A stretch of DNA of 64,000 bases, taken from contig NC_043012.1 in NCBI RefSeq assembly GCF_006345805.1, positions 22,940,001 through 23,004,000 of the forward strand, given 5' to 3'. Both the position numbers and the translations under genes were made by a program. Positions 27,591-40,706 of this stretch are shown piece by piece; positions within the stretch are counted from its first letter, which is position 1, and each line of letters begins with the position of its first letter. The notes under the pieces are model-generated. The model made no database searches. It was not told the DNA's origin and saw only the letters and a program-made list of their open reading frames with translations. Source of the DNA: Octopus sinensis (taxonomy: Eukaryota).

Positions 27591-27809
27591 ATGTAGGGGT
27601 GTTGGAAAATTCCTGGTTTTGGGTAAAAGAAAATACAGGAGGGTCAATTAATTCTGATTTCATTAAACATATTTCCCTCTCAGATTAATACACTTACTGC
27701 AGTGGTCTTTCAGTTTTTCTAGGCCCTTTAAAAGAACTCAGAAGGTTGAACCTCCAACTAGGCCTTTTGCAATACCTTTAAGGCCAGGAACTTTTCAGCA
27801 GCCCTTCAT
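27591..27809. mobile_element. Mariner-type MITE
   Basis: Left end atgtaggggtgttggaaaattcctgg matches the reverse complement of the right end (atgaagggctgctgaaaagttcctgg); TA-rich flanks. Confidence 0.7.
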
Positions 27810-27882
27810 TTATATATATATTTTGACAAAGAAAAGATTAATAGTGAATTCAAAATTTTGCCTGTTGATGGCTGGATAAATA

Positions 27883-28140
27883 TTAGAGCAAGTATACAGC
27901 ATTGATGAAGCTGCACTTTTCTGGGAGTGCATACCTGCTAGGACTTACATTTCTCAAGAACAAAAACCAACATCAGCATTTCAAACTTGCAAAAATTGTC
28001 TGCTGCTTTTCAGAAGAAATATCAAAGCTCCTTGAAAATCCCAGGACTTCCAAGGGTTACACAACGCTTAATTTGCATCTGATTTGTCATTCAATTAAGA
28101 AGGGCATGAATGACTAGAAACCTTTTCAAAGAATGTCTCA
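27883..28140 (+). mobile_element. Tigger/pogo-like transposase fragment (degenerate)
   Basis: LEQVYSIDEAALFWECIPARTYISQEQK...ENPRTSKG...HSIKKG resembles the pogo/Tigger N-x-DETGLFW...P-RTYI and ENPRAFK motifs; frameshifted. Confidence 0.7.
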
Positions 28141-28818
28141 CATGGTAAATACTCTCGTGGGACTGAACTTGGGACCTTGTGTTTGTGAGGTGCACTTCTT
28201 AAACACCAAGCCATCACTGTGTCCACACTTTTACATACAGCACAAATGACATAATGGAATATTCACAGTGTCTTTTTTTTCTTTTTGTTCTCAGCAGTGG
28301 TGTCCCAGCATGGCCGTGGCCTTCGGGCTAAAACATTTTTAAGGATTTTAAGGATTTAAGAAGAAGAAAAATCAATGTACCACTGAACTGATGAGCAACA
28401 GAGCGACTGTACACAGAGAACCTGATGAGTTGAAAATGTGGAAGAGAAGTATTGAAGATAACTGAGAGAAGCAAGTAAAGCTTAAAATGTTTAGTGATGT
28501 ATACATGGCATGAGTATGCAGGTGTGGTTGAGAAGCTTGCCTTGCAAACTCAAGGTTTCAGGTTCAGCCCTACTAGACAGCACCAAAAGCAAGTCTTCTT
28601 CTACAATAACCCCAGGTCAACCAATGCTTTGTGAGGAGCAGAGTGGTAGACAGAAACTGAGTAGAAGTCCATTGTGTATATATGTATATGTGTGTGTAAA
28701 TGTTACTGTCTTTTAGCCCCAGGAAAACATCTTTTCCAGTCGGCTACCAGCACACTGCTTGTACCCCTATAGTTTATGCAAGGGAGGTCATCACTCCCAT
28801 CTCTAGCTTTACGTGATA

Positions 28819-28863
28819 CTCACAGACATAGGTTTCTGGGTGGTTACTCGACCTCAGTGTGAA
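28819..28863 (-). ncRNA. Degenerate type I hammerhead ribozyme (inverted partner of the 28892-28935 motif)
   Basis: Reverse complement reads TTCACA CTGAGGT CGAGT aacc ACCCA GAAA C CTAT GTC TGTGAG. Stem I pairs over 6 bp, but A9 is changed to T and stem II has two mismatches. Confidence 0.65.
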
Positions 28864-28891
28864 TTAATCACTGGCTAATGATGAAGGCTCT

Positions 28892-28935
28892 CTCCACTGA
28901 GGATGGGTAACCACCCAGAAACCTAGGTCTGTGAG
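28892..28935 (+). ncRNA. Type I hammerhead ribozyme, intact catalytic core, palindromic stem III
   Basis: CTGAGGA (28897-28903), stem II TGGGT-aacc-ACCCA (28904-28917), GAAA (28918-28921), palindrome ACCTAGGT (28921-28928), GTC triplet (28927-28929). Stem I is CTC.CA / TG(T)GAG with a 1-nt bulge. Confidence 0.8.
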
Positions 28936-30341
28936 TATCACATAAGGCTAGAGATGGGAGCAATGACCCTCCCTTGCAAATGCTATATATGGACACAAAT
29001 TGTATGGAGCTAAAAGACAATAATATCGTCCTTGTATAGGATTGCCGCATTATGTTAGCAAATAAACTTTACTTGCTCAGAGATTTGAAACAAGTTGTGT
29101 ATATATATGTGTATGTGTGTGTGCAAAAAAATGTAAAGAAAACTGTTTAATCAATTAAAATTACCCATGTAATGAAAAGAAAAATCATTAAAATGCTAAT
29201 GATAATTCTTATCAAAGTAAAGGCAGACAACTCTAAAGCTACACACAATCATACCAAAGCATATACATTCGCACACACACTAAATGTGCTGGACACATAC
29301 ATTTTGCAATTGCATAATGTACTTTTGATATTTTTATACACATTTAGGTACACAGCAACCCAATCATAAAATGCTAGAAAAACATAAAACGTCAGTTCAG
29401 GTAGTGGTTAAAAAGTAGCAAAAGAGATATAAATATCAGACTATTATGTGTCTATAATGATAAAGCAAGATAAAACTAATACAGCATTAAACAACAGCTA
29501 ACCTATATTAGAGGTTGTGCTTAACATGTGAATAGGCAACATTTTCAATATAAAGCACAACTTGAATGAGATTTGCAAACTAGTAATCTTTATTTATTGC
29601 AGATTATGTAGAGAAACAAAGCCAAAACAACATTCCTTGACTTTCTAGACCATATAAATACAAAAATAAATATTGTATATTATTCTTTTCCTGTAACCTA
29701 CATCAGTTAGTAAAAACTTAAGAAAAAATTGGGTTATCTTCCAGACTTTGACTTAATTATAACACAAGCATAGCTTTGACTTCTTTTGTATTTGCTAAAA
29801 TTCCACAATACCAGTTGAAGAAATCTAATTGTATGCAGCACAAAGACCTTTGTATGCCATTCAGTAAGTGATAAAGGACAGCAGACACATTGTTAAGGAA
29901 GATGAAGACAAAGAATGATGCCTGTTCAAGTAATTCTAAACATTGCAACTTTCTTTCTGTACGTTGATGTACAGTTGAAAAAGAAACCAATTACAGGTGT
30001 TGGCGCTAACTGCTATTATGATTAAGCCGAAGACACACACAGAAAAAGCAACCTATAATTGTAGACGGAAAACAGAAGAATAAGTTATCGATGACATACA
30101 CCATAATCATGGTTTTGACAAGGAGCCGGTAGCCAAATACTTCTGGACATCTCCAGTATTTCAAAGAAAAAAAATTGAACTGATAACAAAACAACTGCCC
30201 TAAGTAACAAACGAGAAGGCATTCACGCTCATAAAAAAAAAACAACAACAAAGAAAAGAAAAACAGAATTGTGCAAAATGGGGAGAGGTGGGCAAGGGAG
30301 TAGGGGTGGGGCAGGTGAATAGCTGTATGTATGTGTGTAAT

Positions 30342-30386
<45 letters not shown>

Positions 30387-32399
30387 GTATGTATATGGGT
30401 ACACAAATTATGATGTTATAGATATATTTTAATTTGTAGACTGATTCCTGATGACTTGACAGCTAACAGGTATAACGGACAAAAAAAAAAATGCAGGTCT
30501 GTGTGTTCATGTATGGACAGATGTATAAATATCTACGTGCATGAGTGTATATATATATATATCTATGTGTGTGTAGGTGTGCATGCACACAAACACGTGT
30601 ATATACATATGAGTTTATATACTCATGCATACCTATAAATATTTATTTATATATATATATATATATATGTGCGTGTGTGTGTGTGTGTGAGTGTATAGAC
30701 ACGTGCATGCAAGTACATACATACATATATATATATAAGCACACATGTATGTGCACACACACACACACACAACTAAGACAGACCATATACGGACATATAT
30801 AATCAAGAATTTTCAAACATAATGAAATAAACTTTTTAAACATTTACACACACACACACATGTGTGCAAGGGCACACACACACACCCATACATACATACA
30901 CATATATGCACTGCAACAAAATCTCATGAACTAATCAACCAGTGAGTTTGCTTATATGTGTACACTGTTACTCCGTCATAACACCCTCCGTTCGTTATCT
31001 ATATTCCTTTATAACAGTGGGCTTGCTGCACGGTTTTTAGCCAGAAGCAAAATGAAAATTTGTCTCTTCTAATATTGACAACAGGCATAAGAGTTTTCAG
31101 CCAAGTGATCATGGCTGGAGGCAGTTCTGAAACGGACTCTAAATACTATGCCTGCTACAAGCAAAATCTGTATTTTCTCCACTTAACATTTATTTAAATT
31201 TGTCTCCTAGTCAAATCCCTAATAACAAGTCAGCACCAGTAGTGCTTTCATTTTACAAACTAAAAACAATGTAACAGAGTAAGAGAGACTGTGGTTCCAG
31301 CAGCATCATCATCAGCATCATCATCAGCATCAGCAGCAGCAGCATCTTGTCCAATTGTACATCTCTAGAGAGAGTCTGTAGACAGAACAGAGCTAATGAT
31401 TCAGGGCATATCCTACAGGACAGCTGATTGGCATAAAACCTCTGGGGCAAATATACGTGGGATGGTAACAACATGACAATAAAATCATTTAGTAACAAAA
31501 TAATACAAAAAGAAACGGGGGGGGTGTTGTTGGGAGGTGGGGGGGAGAGAGAGAAGATGGTTATGGAGGACCTAGCAGTCTATGTCCACGCGAGAGGGGT
31601 TCGGAGTTCGAAGATATTAACAACACTAAATTAAGTTGTGAAACTGTTAAATACAGGGCTACAAGGCTACGGGGTGGGGGTGGGGGGCAACGGGGCAACG
31701 GGCGGGGCCACCTAAATTCATGCCTTTATTTTCTTTCCCAATGAATGTGTACATGTGTGATTGGACATATGTATTTGTGTAAATGTGTTTATGTGACTCT
31801 GTCTGTGTGTGTGTGTGTGTGTGTGATTACCTGGCAGTGTATGGAATTAAGCCTGTTGTAAGCTAACATTGAGTATGAGAATGCCTTAAACTGTATGAAT
31901 ATGATTACATTCTACAGTATTTCTTAATGATAAATTACACACACACACACACATATCCATATATCTATCTATATATATATATAATATATATAATATTATT
32001 AGAGAATATATATATATATATATATACACCCACATCTAGACACACACACATATCCATATATCTATCTATCTATCTATATATATATATATATATACACACC
32101 CACATCTATATACACACACACACATATCCATGTATATATATATATATATATATATCTACATGCATACGTGTGTGTGTGTGTGCTTGTCAACATATTTTTC
32201 TATACATGCCTATGTGTACCAGCTTCTCTGTATTCTCTGTATGTATATACAGTAAAACACATGTATATCGTATAAATATTTGCATTTCTATATGACTGTG
32301 AATGTGTGCGTGCGCGTGTGCATATCAACGAACATACAAAAACACACAACTACAGCACAACCACAAGTAGCTTACATCACATATACACATACACAGGTT

Positions 32400-32477
32400 G
32401 ATATCTGCTATTATCATCATTATCACGGTTATTATCAACATCATCATCATCATCATCACCATTATTATTACTATTAC

Positions 32478-32511
<34 letters not shown>

Positions 32512-32902
32512 GGTTCCTCAAATTATTACCTATCATAATTCTCACATATAATAAAAATCAGTAATACTTTGTTGAGATTGCAAAAGGAAGAGAATTACCA
32601 GGAATTGTGTAGCAATTTCAAAAACAGCTGATTAAGTATTGACTGGTGAATCTAATAGAGGAGAGATTCAATTTTTAATGAACGACATAGTAATTGGGTT
32701 GACAAAGGAGGAGCTGATCTCTGCCAGTTACTATATTGAAGTCTTGTTAGATTCATAGACTTGATAACATGTATGTTCATTTGGAGACTGTACTTTCTCG
32801 ATGTGCAAAGATGCTCTCTCCTCGTTCCTATATAACTATGTACATAATTATGCTGTGTCATTTATGATATTCAATATATAATACATATATATATAACAAT
32901 AC

Positions 32903-32939
<37 letters not shown>

Positions 32940-32967
32940 ATATATAAGGTATATATATAATATACAT

Positions 32968-33018
<51 letters not shown>

Positions 33019-33039
33019 GTATATAGTATATATATACAT

Positions 33040-33090
<51 letters not shown>

Positions 33091-33231
33091 CATATTATAT
33101 ATACATATATCATATATATATATATATACACATATATATATATATATACATATATATATATGACATATATACATATATATACATACATATATATATACTA
33201 CATATATACATATATATACATACATATATAT

Positions 33232-33275
<44 letters not shown>

Positions 33276-33324
33276 CTACATATATTATACATACATATAT
33301 AATATATATACATCATAATATTAT

Positions 33325-33363
<39 letters not shown>

Positions 33364-33410
33364 ATATATATATATATATACACACCACACATATATATAT
33401 ATGAATGCAT
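32400..33410. repeat. (CAT)n/(ATT)n tract at 32400-32512 and long (TA)n tract at 32860-33410
   Basis: Direct reading. Confidence 0.9.
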
Positions 33411-33789
33411 ATATGTATTCAAATATTTACAACTATAACTATGAGCATATATATATATGTATGGACACAAATTTAAATTTATTGTACATGCGTGTGCTAC
33501 ACATGTTGATATATGTGTACTTGTGTATGTAAAATATTTTCAGTTGCATTTGTGTGTGTGTGTGTGTCTGCATAAGCTTACATATACATACATATGTATA
33601 CATACAGTTAAATTATGGTAATATTCTTATAGAAGACAAAGTCGCTGAGTTCCTTTTGAGTGTTGGGGCCTCACAAAGGCAATGACTGAGACCTTTAGCA
33701 TTATGCTGAGCTTGAGAAGAAGACCCATCAAGCCGAGCAAACTTGCAGTCATGGCAGATACTGGTGTCATGCAATTGGCACCCATGCAG

Positions 33790-33965
33790 TTGCATGTAAA
33801 AGCACCCATTAGACTCTCAGAGTGGTTAACATTAGGAAGGGCATCCAGCCATAGAAAACCATGCCAAATCAGACTTGAGTTTGTGTGCAGCCTTCCAACT
33901 TACCAGCCCTGATCAAACTGTTCAACCCATGCCGGCATGGGCAACAGACATTAAATGATGATGAT
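33790..33965 (+). mobile_element. Family C element
   Basis: aggaagggcatccagccatagaaaa...cagacattaaatgatgatgatg. Confidence 0.75.
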
Positions 33966-34199
33966 GACGACATTTGAGCAGTGAATAAATATAAAAAATT
34001 TATATCTTCACCTGATTCACATACACACATACATATACAAACACACACGTACACAGAAGTCATCCCATCCCTCATTTCATCTGTGTTTTCTGCACACTAC
34101 ACACCATAATCTCATTGGGTGTGTTTAATTACGTCACAACTTGAAATAATGTTGCAAATAATTCATCTCAGAACTGACATGACAACAATCAGGTCAGGT

Positions 34200-34400
34200 A
34201 AGGGGTCATGGCGCCCTTGTAACACATCACTACCATCACCATTTGGGGGTATTTGTTTGGGTAACCCCAGGTAACCCTCTTAACATTTCTCCAGTCTGTT
34301 TCCATCTCTGTGAGATACTTCCTCATCCACTGTAACCATGTGGCATGTGGCTGACCAACATGAGCTGTTACCCAAGCCAGATCTTCAGAGAAGAGAACAT
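34200..34400 (-). mobile_element. Possible RTE-like LINE C-terminal fragment
   Basis: LAWVTAHVGQPHATWLQWMRKYLTEMETDW loosely resembles the RTE GRP-x-TW region. Confidence 0.3.
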
Positions 34401-34949
34401 GGTATACAGAACTTAACATGGAAAATCAAGTAACATGACCAACCAGTCAGAGACAACACTCCCAAATTATACAAGTAACAGGATGCCTCTGAGCGGAGTC
34501 ATTGGTTGGTTACTAATCTTCATTAAATATTTACTTATTCATATACTAAAAATAAATGATGTAATTAGTATAACAATTTTATCTGATAAGATAAACGGAA
34601 GTTTAACAGTAACATTCAACAGAAGATAGTTGAGGTCTTTGCTGTGTTTTGCTGTGTTTATCAAGAGTCAAGCAAAAACATGTGGCGTGGTGATCGGGGT
34701 GTTCTTTTCATGAATATAATGTTGTGGTTGTACATCATGTTATGCCCTTGAGTAAGGCACTTCACTCCAAGTTGTTCAAGTCTATCCTGCTCCAAATGAT
34801 TATCAACTCGGTGTTGGTGCAGCTCTTTCTCTCGTTCTCTCTCTCCCCTTCCAACTGTTATATCCTCAGTGTGCCACAGGGTCAATAATGAGGGTGCCAT
34901 GAAGGCGTACCTGTCTGTTTGTGATTACACAGGCACCTGAAACAATTAG

Positions 34950-35103
34950 TAAAAGCATTGTTGGCATTAGGAAGGGCATCCAGCTGTAGAAACACTGCCA
35001 GATCAGACTGGAGCCTGGTGCAGCCTTCAGGCTTCCCAGATCCCCAGTCGAACCGTTCAACCCATGCTAGCATGGAGAATGGACGTTAAACGATGATGAT
35101 GAT
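34950..35103 (+). mobile_element. Family C element, 3' half
   Basis: ggcattaggaagggcatccagctgtag...ggacgttaaacgatgatgatg. Confidence 0.8.
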
Positions 35104-35169
35104 TGTACTTGTTATCACTATAAGGCACAGTATTTGTTGTGATGTGGTGGCTCACATGTCTCAATGACT

Positions 35170-35335
35170 CTGAGAGCTATGCCAACAGATCACAAACTCC
35201 TGGTAGGACTTTCCATGCTGAACAGATCAAAAACCAATAAAAACTGGATGAATAACAGACAGTCCAGAATGAAGGACAGCAGAGAAAAGTTGTTGATGGC
35301 CTATGCTCCATAGGAAGGAAGAGACTTGAGTAACT
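35170..35335 (+). mobile_element. Short RTE-derived element (5' piece joined to 3' end)
   Basis: The 3' part reads QRKVVDGLCSIG, typical of an RTE terminus. Confidence 0.4.
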
Positions 35336-35700
35336 ACAGTACATGTTACTAGGCTATACTCACTTGTCAGTGACAACTGGGTATACTGTAATTACAGCCA
35401 TTAATATCCACACGTTACACTAGAAGCAATTTTGAAAGGTTATGAAATGTTATCCTATAATTTTTGGCTTGTACTGTGTATATCTCAGATTTTACAATAG
35501 GCGAGAAGGCATCTAGCTGTAGAAACCAGGCCAAAGCTGATACTGGGACTTAATGCAGCTATGCAGCCCTCCAGATCCTGTCAAAGCGCCCACCCAACGC
35601 CAGCATGGAAAATGGACATTAAATGTTGATGATAATGAACTGTTACCTTGGTTTTTAGTATAAGTAGGATAAGTACACTTTGTATTTATTTACGGAGAAT

Positions 35701-36072
35701 TTTGCTTACATGGTGTTGGAGCTTTGGAGAAGACTTTTACGGATTCCACGGATTCCATGGACAGCGAGGTTTACCAATGGAGAAGTTCTTAAGCAGATCA
35801 GGCTGAAAATGTTGCTAGAAGCTAGGATCACCAAGCATAGATTGGCGTATTTCAGTCATATTATGTGAAGAAAATCCCTGGAGAAGCACATCATGCTTGG
35901 AATGGTCAGTGGCAAGAGAGGAAGAGGCCAACCAAGAACACGCTGGCTTGACACCATCAAGAGTGATACCAGAATGGACATAGCCAATCTGAAAGAAGCG
36001 GCCCAGGATAGAACTGACTGGAGGACACTGATCCAACGAGTAACCGAGAGTTGACTTCGACTGAGCGGATAG
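35701..36072 (+). mobile_element. RTE-clade LINE 3' fragment (BovB-like C-terminus)
   Basis: ELWRRLLRIP(RIP)WTARFTNGEVL...RLAYFSHIM*RKSLEKHIMLGMVSGKRGRGQPRTRWLDTIK...AAQDRTDWR; in-frame stops. Confidence 0.9.
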
Positions 36073-37554
36073 ACATATAGATAGATAGATATTTATTTAC
36101 AGAATAAAACCATACATATTGTAAAATGTGACTATAAGGACTAGAAGGCATCAAAAAGGCATCTGGTTGCAAAAGATCACTTCAAAAGTTTCATCTCACT
36201 TGTGCTAGCAAGAGAGAACATCATCATTTTAAAGTCCACAGCTGGAATTTCTTGAGACAGATTTTCAACGACCAGATGCTCTTCCTGTCACCAACCCTTC
36301 CCTGTTTCTGAGTAAGGTAATATTTCTTCATGGCCAGACATGTTTTCATGGAAGATCAGAAACAAGAGATACCTCTGTATGATGCTGATACGGGTTTACA
36401 ACCATTATGCAATGTCAGCACAAAGAGACACTGACTTGCACACACGCACATTACACACACACACACACACACATACACACAAACATACATATACACATAC
36501 ATAAATATATACACATGCACATACACACACACACACACACAAACATACATATATACATACATAAATATATATACACACACACATGCACATGATGGGCTTC
36601 TTTCAGTTTCTGTCTTCCAAATCCATTTTGCAAGGCTTTGATTGACCTGCTGCGGCTCCAGTACAAAAGCACATGCTCAAGATGCCACACAGTGGGATTG
36701 AACCTCGGAGCATGTGGTCGGGGAGGCAAGCTTCTCAACCTCACAACCACACACCTGCACAGAATTAAAAATGATGAGGATGATAATGATCGAGTTTTAT
36801 TTCATAATCTAAAGAACAAATATGAAAACTGCATTCATTCAACATCCTTCTTGAAACACATGCACATATGCACATTTCCACAGAATTGCAGACACACACA
36901 CACACACACACACAACTTCTGACAATGTTCTTCATAAATAAGTTATCTATTTTCATTATCTAAATCCAGCACTTTCACTCTCATGCAGATAGATTAGTTG
37001 CTCCATTCAAAATGAACCGAACTCACTTCCTTTGCCACTAAACACCATTTCTTAATATAAGAAGAAGCAAGGAAAGATGATTCCTTTATCACTTGATTGG
37101 TGTGATTAGCAACTGGCTGGAATTACAGAAAAATTATATTTGATTAAGCCAACACATATTCCTTAAGTGCTGTAAGAACACCTAACTTGGTAAGGTTTTC
37201 AATTGACACCCATCTTAGAGTGTTTCTGCGTCAATGTATGTGTGTATATGTGTGCATATGTGTGTGTATGTGTGAGAGAGAGAGAGAGAGAGAGTGTGTA
37301 AGAAAGTGCATGTGTGTACATGAAAGAGAGAGAGAGTGTGTGTGTGTATGTGTAAAGAGGGGTGTGTAGAGAACATGTTAATTGTTATGAAAGAAGTAAT
37401 ATCTTACAACAATGACTATAGAAGAGCAGAACAGATAGAACAACAGATGAAGAGTGTTAAGAAAGGAAGAGAGAAAGAAAAGAAGGATTAATAGAGCCAG
37501 ACAGACAGACAGACAGATTGGCACACACACACGTTATGTATATGTGTATTATGA

Positions 37555-37555
37555 T

Positions 37556-37612
<57 letters not shown>

Positions 37613-37651
37613 TATACACACATAATATATATATATATATACACACACATA

Positions 37652-37684
<33 letters not shown>

Positions 37685-37712
37685 TAATATATATATATAT
37701 ATACATATACAC

Positions 37713-37756
<44 letters not shown>

Positions 37757-37765
37757 TATAATGTA
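37555..37765. repeat. (TA)n/(CA)n compound microsatellite
   Basis: Direct reading. Confidence 0.95.
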
Positions 37766-38417
37766 TACATACAGAGAGAAAGAGAGACAGATGAACAGAC
37801 AAAAAGATAAACCGACAGACAGATACATACAAAAGGGTGAGAGAGAGAGAGAAAGGAAAAGAAAAGAAAAGACAGAGAGAGAGAGAGAGGTGGAGACTTA
37901 CATCTGTTTACATATATAACAACTCATCTACATCTACTTGAACATTTCTCATTCAAAGGAAAAGGTGTTAAGATTTGCTGTGAAAATATCTCTTTCTTGA
38001 AGTTAGTCAAAGAACTAGCCATATTTAATTCAATATGGTATCTCTTAATACATTCTTCGAATTTGAGGTGAAGAAATTTACTTGTAACTTTTCTGATATC
38101 TTGGTAAGAAGAAGAAATATTCATGATATATACCTCTTTCACACATAACATCAGGTCATCTTTGTTTCTTCAACAACAAAAAAATGTAAAGAAAGAAAAT
38201 TATAACTTCTTGCAGCTTACGTTTTCCGTGTAAATAATTGCTTTTAATTGTATTCATATTGTTTGCAATAAAAGTGTGTATTTGTGTGGTTGAGTCTGTG
38301 GTGTGGTGCTAACTTATTAGCTACACACAGTGAAAAACCAATGGAAATAGTAACATTCATGTAGGATGTGCGAGCAAATGTTTAAAATATGGGGCATGTG
38401 TGTAGACTGTGCATATA

Positions 38418-38760
38418 TAATAATAATAATAATAATAATAATTGTGTACAGTGCTCAGGTGCACTACAACTCATCTAAAGTGTATATATAATCAGGTGTA
38501 GTTTCGGCGGATTTCGGAAAGCATGAGGGCCTTAAAGGATGCAGTGTCATGGCAGTCAACAACTGACGCAGGCAGTTTATTCCATGCTTCAGCAACTCTG
38601 AGCGTGAAAAAATGTTTCCGAAAGTCATGGGAGCTGTGTTGTTTTCTGACTTTGTAGGCATGTCCACGTGTGTTAGACACATGGAGATCAAAAAGGTGTT
38701 CAGTGTTGTTGTTGGTGAGGTGGTTGATAACCTTGTGGGTGTTTATACACGTGCGAGTAG
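38418..38760 (-). mobile_element. CR1/L2-group LINE 3' end
   Basis: SNTRGHAYKVRKQHSSHDFRKHFFTLRVAEAWNKLPASVV...SFKALML then a stop and a (TAA)n/(ATT)n tail at 38418-38441. Confidence 0.85.
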
Positions 38761-38879
38761 TGTGTTTTATTGTGTGTACGCATGTGTGAACGTGCGTTTC
38801 AATATGTACCAAGTCTAGAATGAACACGTTGTTGTTGTTTTATCGTCTACTTTCCCATGTTTGCATGGGTCAGAAGGAA

Positions 38880-39070
38880 TTTGTTGAGGCAGATATTTTG
38901 CCTGCAAACAGATGAGGCCAGGGACCTGTCACCGGCCCTCACCTGTTTGCAAGTAAGGTAAAATATCCCATGGCCAGACATGCTGTTCACTGAAGAATGG
39001 AAATCAACAACTTCGCTTGTATGATGGTGATACTCATTTACAACAATCACATGATGTCAAGTCAGGAGTA
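38880..39070. mobile_element. Interspersed repeat family D (also at ~17130-17310, ~25965-26090, ~36260-36420)
   Basis: Shared cacctgtttccaagtaaggtaatattt...ccatggccagacatg motif seen four times. Confidence 0.7.
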
Positions 39071-39459
39071 GACACGTATGCACACACAGTAAAATAGAGA
39101 GGACCAAATAGATTGTGGCAGATTAACTCAAGAGCATCCCTCTAACTCCTTGGTTAAAAACATCACACAGAAACATTCAAAATAATCCAGCTGATCAATT
39201 TAGCTTCCATACAGAGTTATACACTGGTCCTGAGGGAAATTCTACAAATCTGTGTATAGATATCAAAGCTATAAGTGGTATATTACAGTGTAATATTTAG
39301 CAAATATAAACAAAAGGATATCTTCAAACCTCCTTACACATGCTTCAGCAGCATTTTGTTATCTAATACATTATGTAATGCATTTATATTGAGAATAAAC
39401 TATGGTATTGAAACACATGTAGTGATGTTTTGAATTATTCATTCACCTTTGTCTGCTAC

Positions 39460-39504
<45 letters not shown>

Positions 39505-39508
<4 letters not shown>

Positions 39509-39726
39509 CAGCGCCACTGACCGATACCAGTGCTGCCTGACTGGCATCCATGCTGGTAGCACATAAAAAGCACCCACTACACACTTGGAGTGGTTGGCAT
39601 TAGAAAGGGCATCCAGCTGTAGAAACCTTGCCAGATCAGACTGGAGCCTGGTTTGCCAGTCCTCAGTCAAACTGTCCAACCCATGACAGCATGGAAAGCA
39701 GGTGTTAAATGATGATGATCATGATG
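39505..39726 (+). mobile_element. Family C element
   Basis: aaaagcacccactacacacttggagtggttggcattagaaagggcatcc...aaatgatgatg. Confidence 0.8.
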
Positions 39727-40116
39727 ATATATATATATATATATATAAAATTAATACAAACAGCTAAGCAAAATCTAATACCATAAAGAAAAAATTTTAT
39801 CATCCCTAAATGTGACTGAGGGTGCCGAAGCACCTATATTATAAGAAATAGGAGCTAAAATCTCTTAATACTGTAAGAAGAGTGCTATATATATATATGT
39901 ACACACTGACAGGGGAGATAATTGCCCCATGTCCATCTCTAGAATCACTAGACTGGACAAGTTTCATCTGTTTCATAGGCATCATCAGTAGTGATTACTC
40001 AAACAGTCAATGGTTTGGCTAAGTCCATCTGGGGTTGATTCACTCGACTAAAAATTGTGCCCCAGCATGGCTGCAGTCTAATCACTGAAACAAATACAAG
40101 GTAAACTATATATATA

Positions 40117-40410
40117 TCTTTATATATAAAAGTCAAGTTGTGTGTGTCTCCTACGATTTAGATTCCTAACTACTCCCACATATTGCGGTGCAGTTTAACC
40201 AAAACCGGGTATCTTATATCTCGTAATTCATATCGAGCCCTTCTGGGTATTAGCGCGTGTCTACGATGAGTCCACGATTTAAAAAAAAATTTACCATAAT
40301 TTTTTTTCCATTTTTAATGCATTTTTTTGCTAATTTTTGGCTATAACTCTCTAAAAATGCTTTATAGTCATTTCCCTTACAAACCCGAGCAACGCTGGGC
40401 GATACTGCTA

Positions 40411-40411
<1 letters not shown>
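40117..40411 (+). mobile_element. Non-autonomous Helitron
   Basis: A|TCTTTATATATAAAAG 5' end, subterminal hairpin cccgagcaacgctggg (40384-40399), CTAG|T 3' end, no TSD. Confidence 0.8.
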
Positions 40412-40448
<37 letters not shown>

Positions 40449-40666
40449 GGTTTCTTTCAGTTTCCATCAGCCAAACCCACTCCCAAGGCCTTGGACAGCC
40501 TGGGGCTATACAAGAAGACACTTGCCCAAAGTGCTGTGCAGTGGGACTGAACCCATGACCACATAGTTGGGAAACATTATATATATAAATACACACAGAC
40601 ATGCTCATAAATATGAAGGTGTACACTTATATATGCACCTGAATATCTATATCTATCTATCTATCA

Positions 40667-40706
<40 letters not shown>

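Larger units (their letters stand above)
28768..28988. mobile_element. Palindromic (foldback) element with a hammerhead in each arm; possibly an inverted pLTR pair from a Penelope-like element
   Basis: Arms 28777-28859 and 28895-28978 are reverse complements with 8 mismatches and 1 gap over 84 nt, separated by a ~35-nt spacer. The PLE origin is inferred. Confidence 0.7.

Noticed and set aside
28388-28436. Two CTGATGAG motifs near GAAA
   Set aside because: No adequate stem II or stem I pairing.
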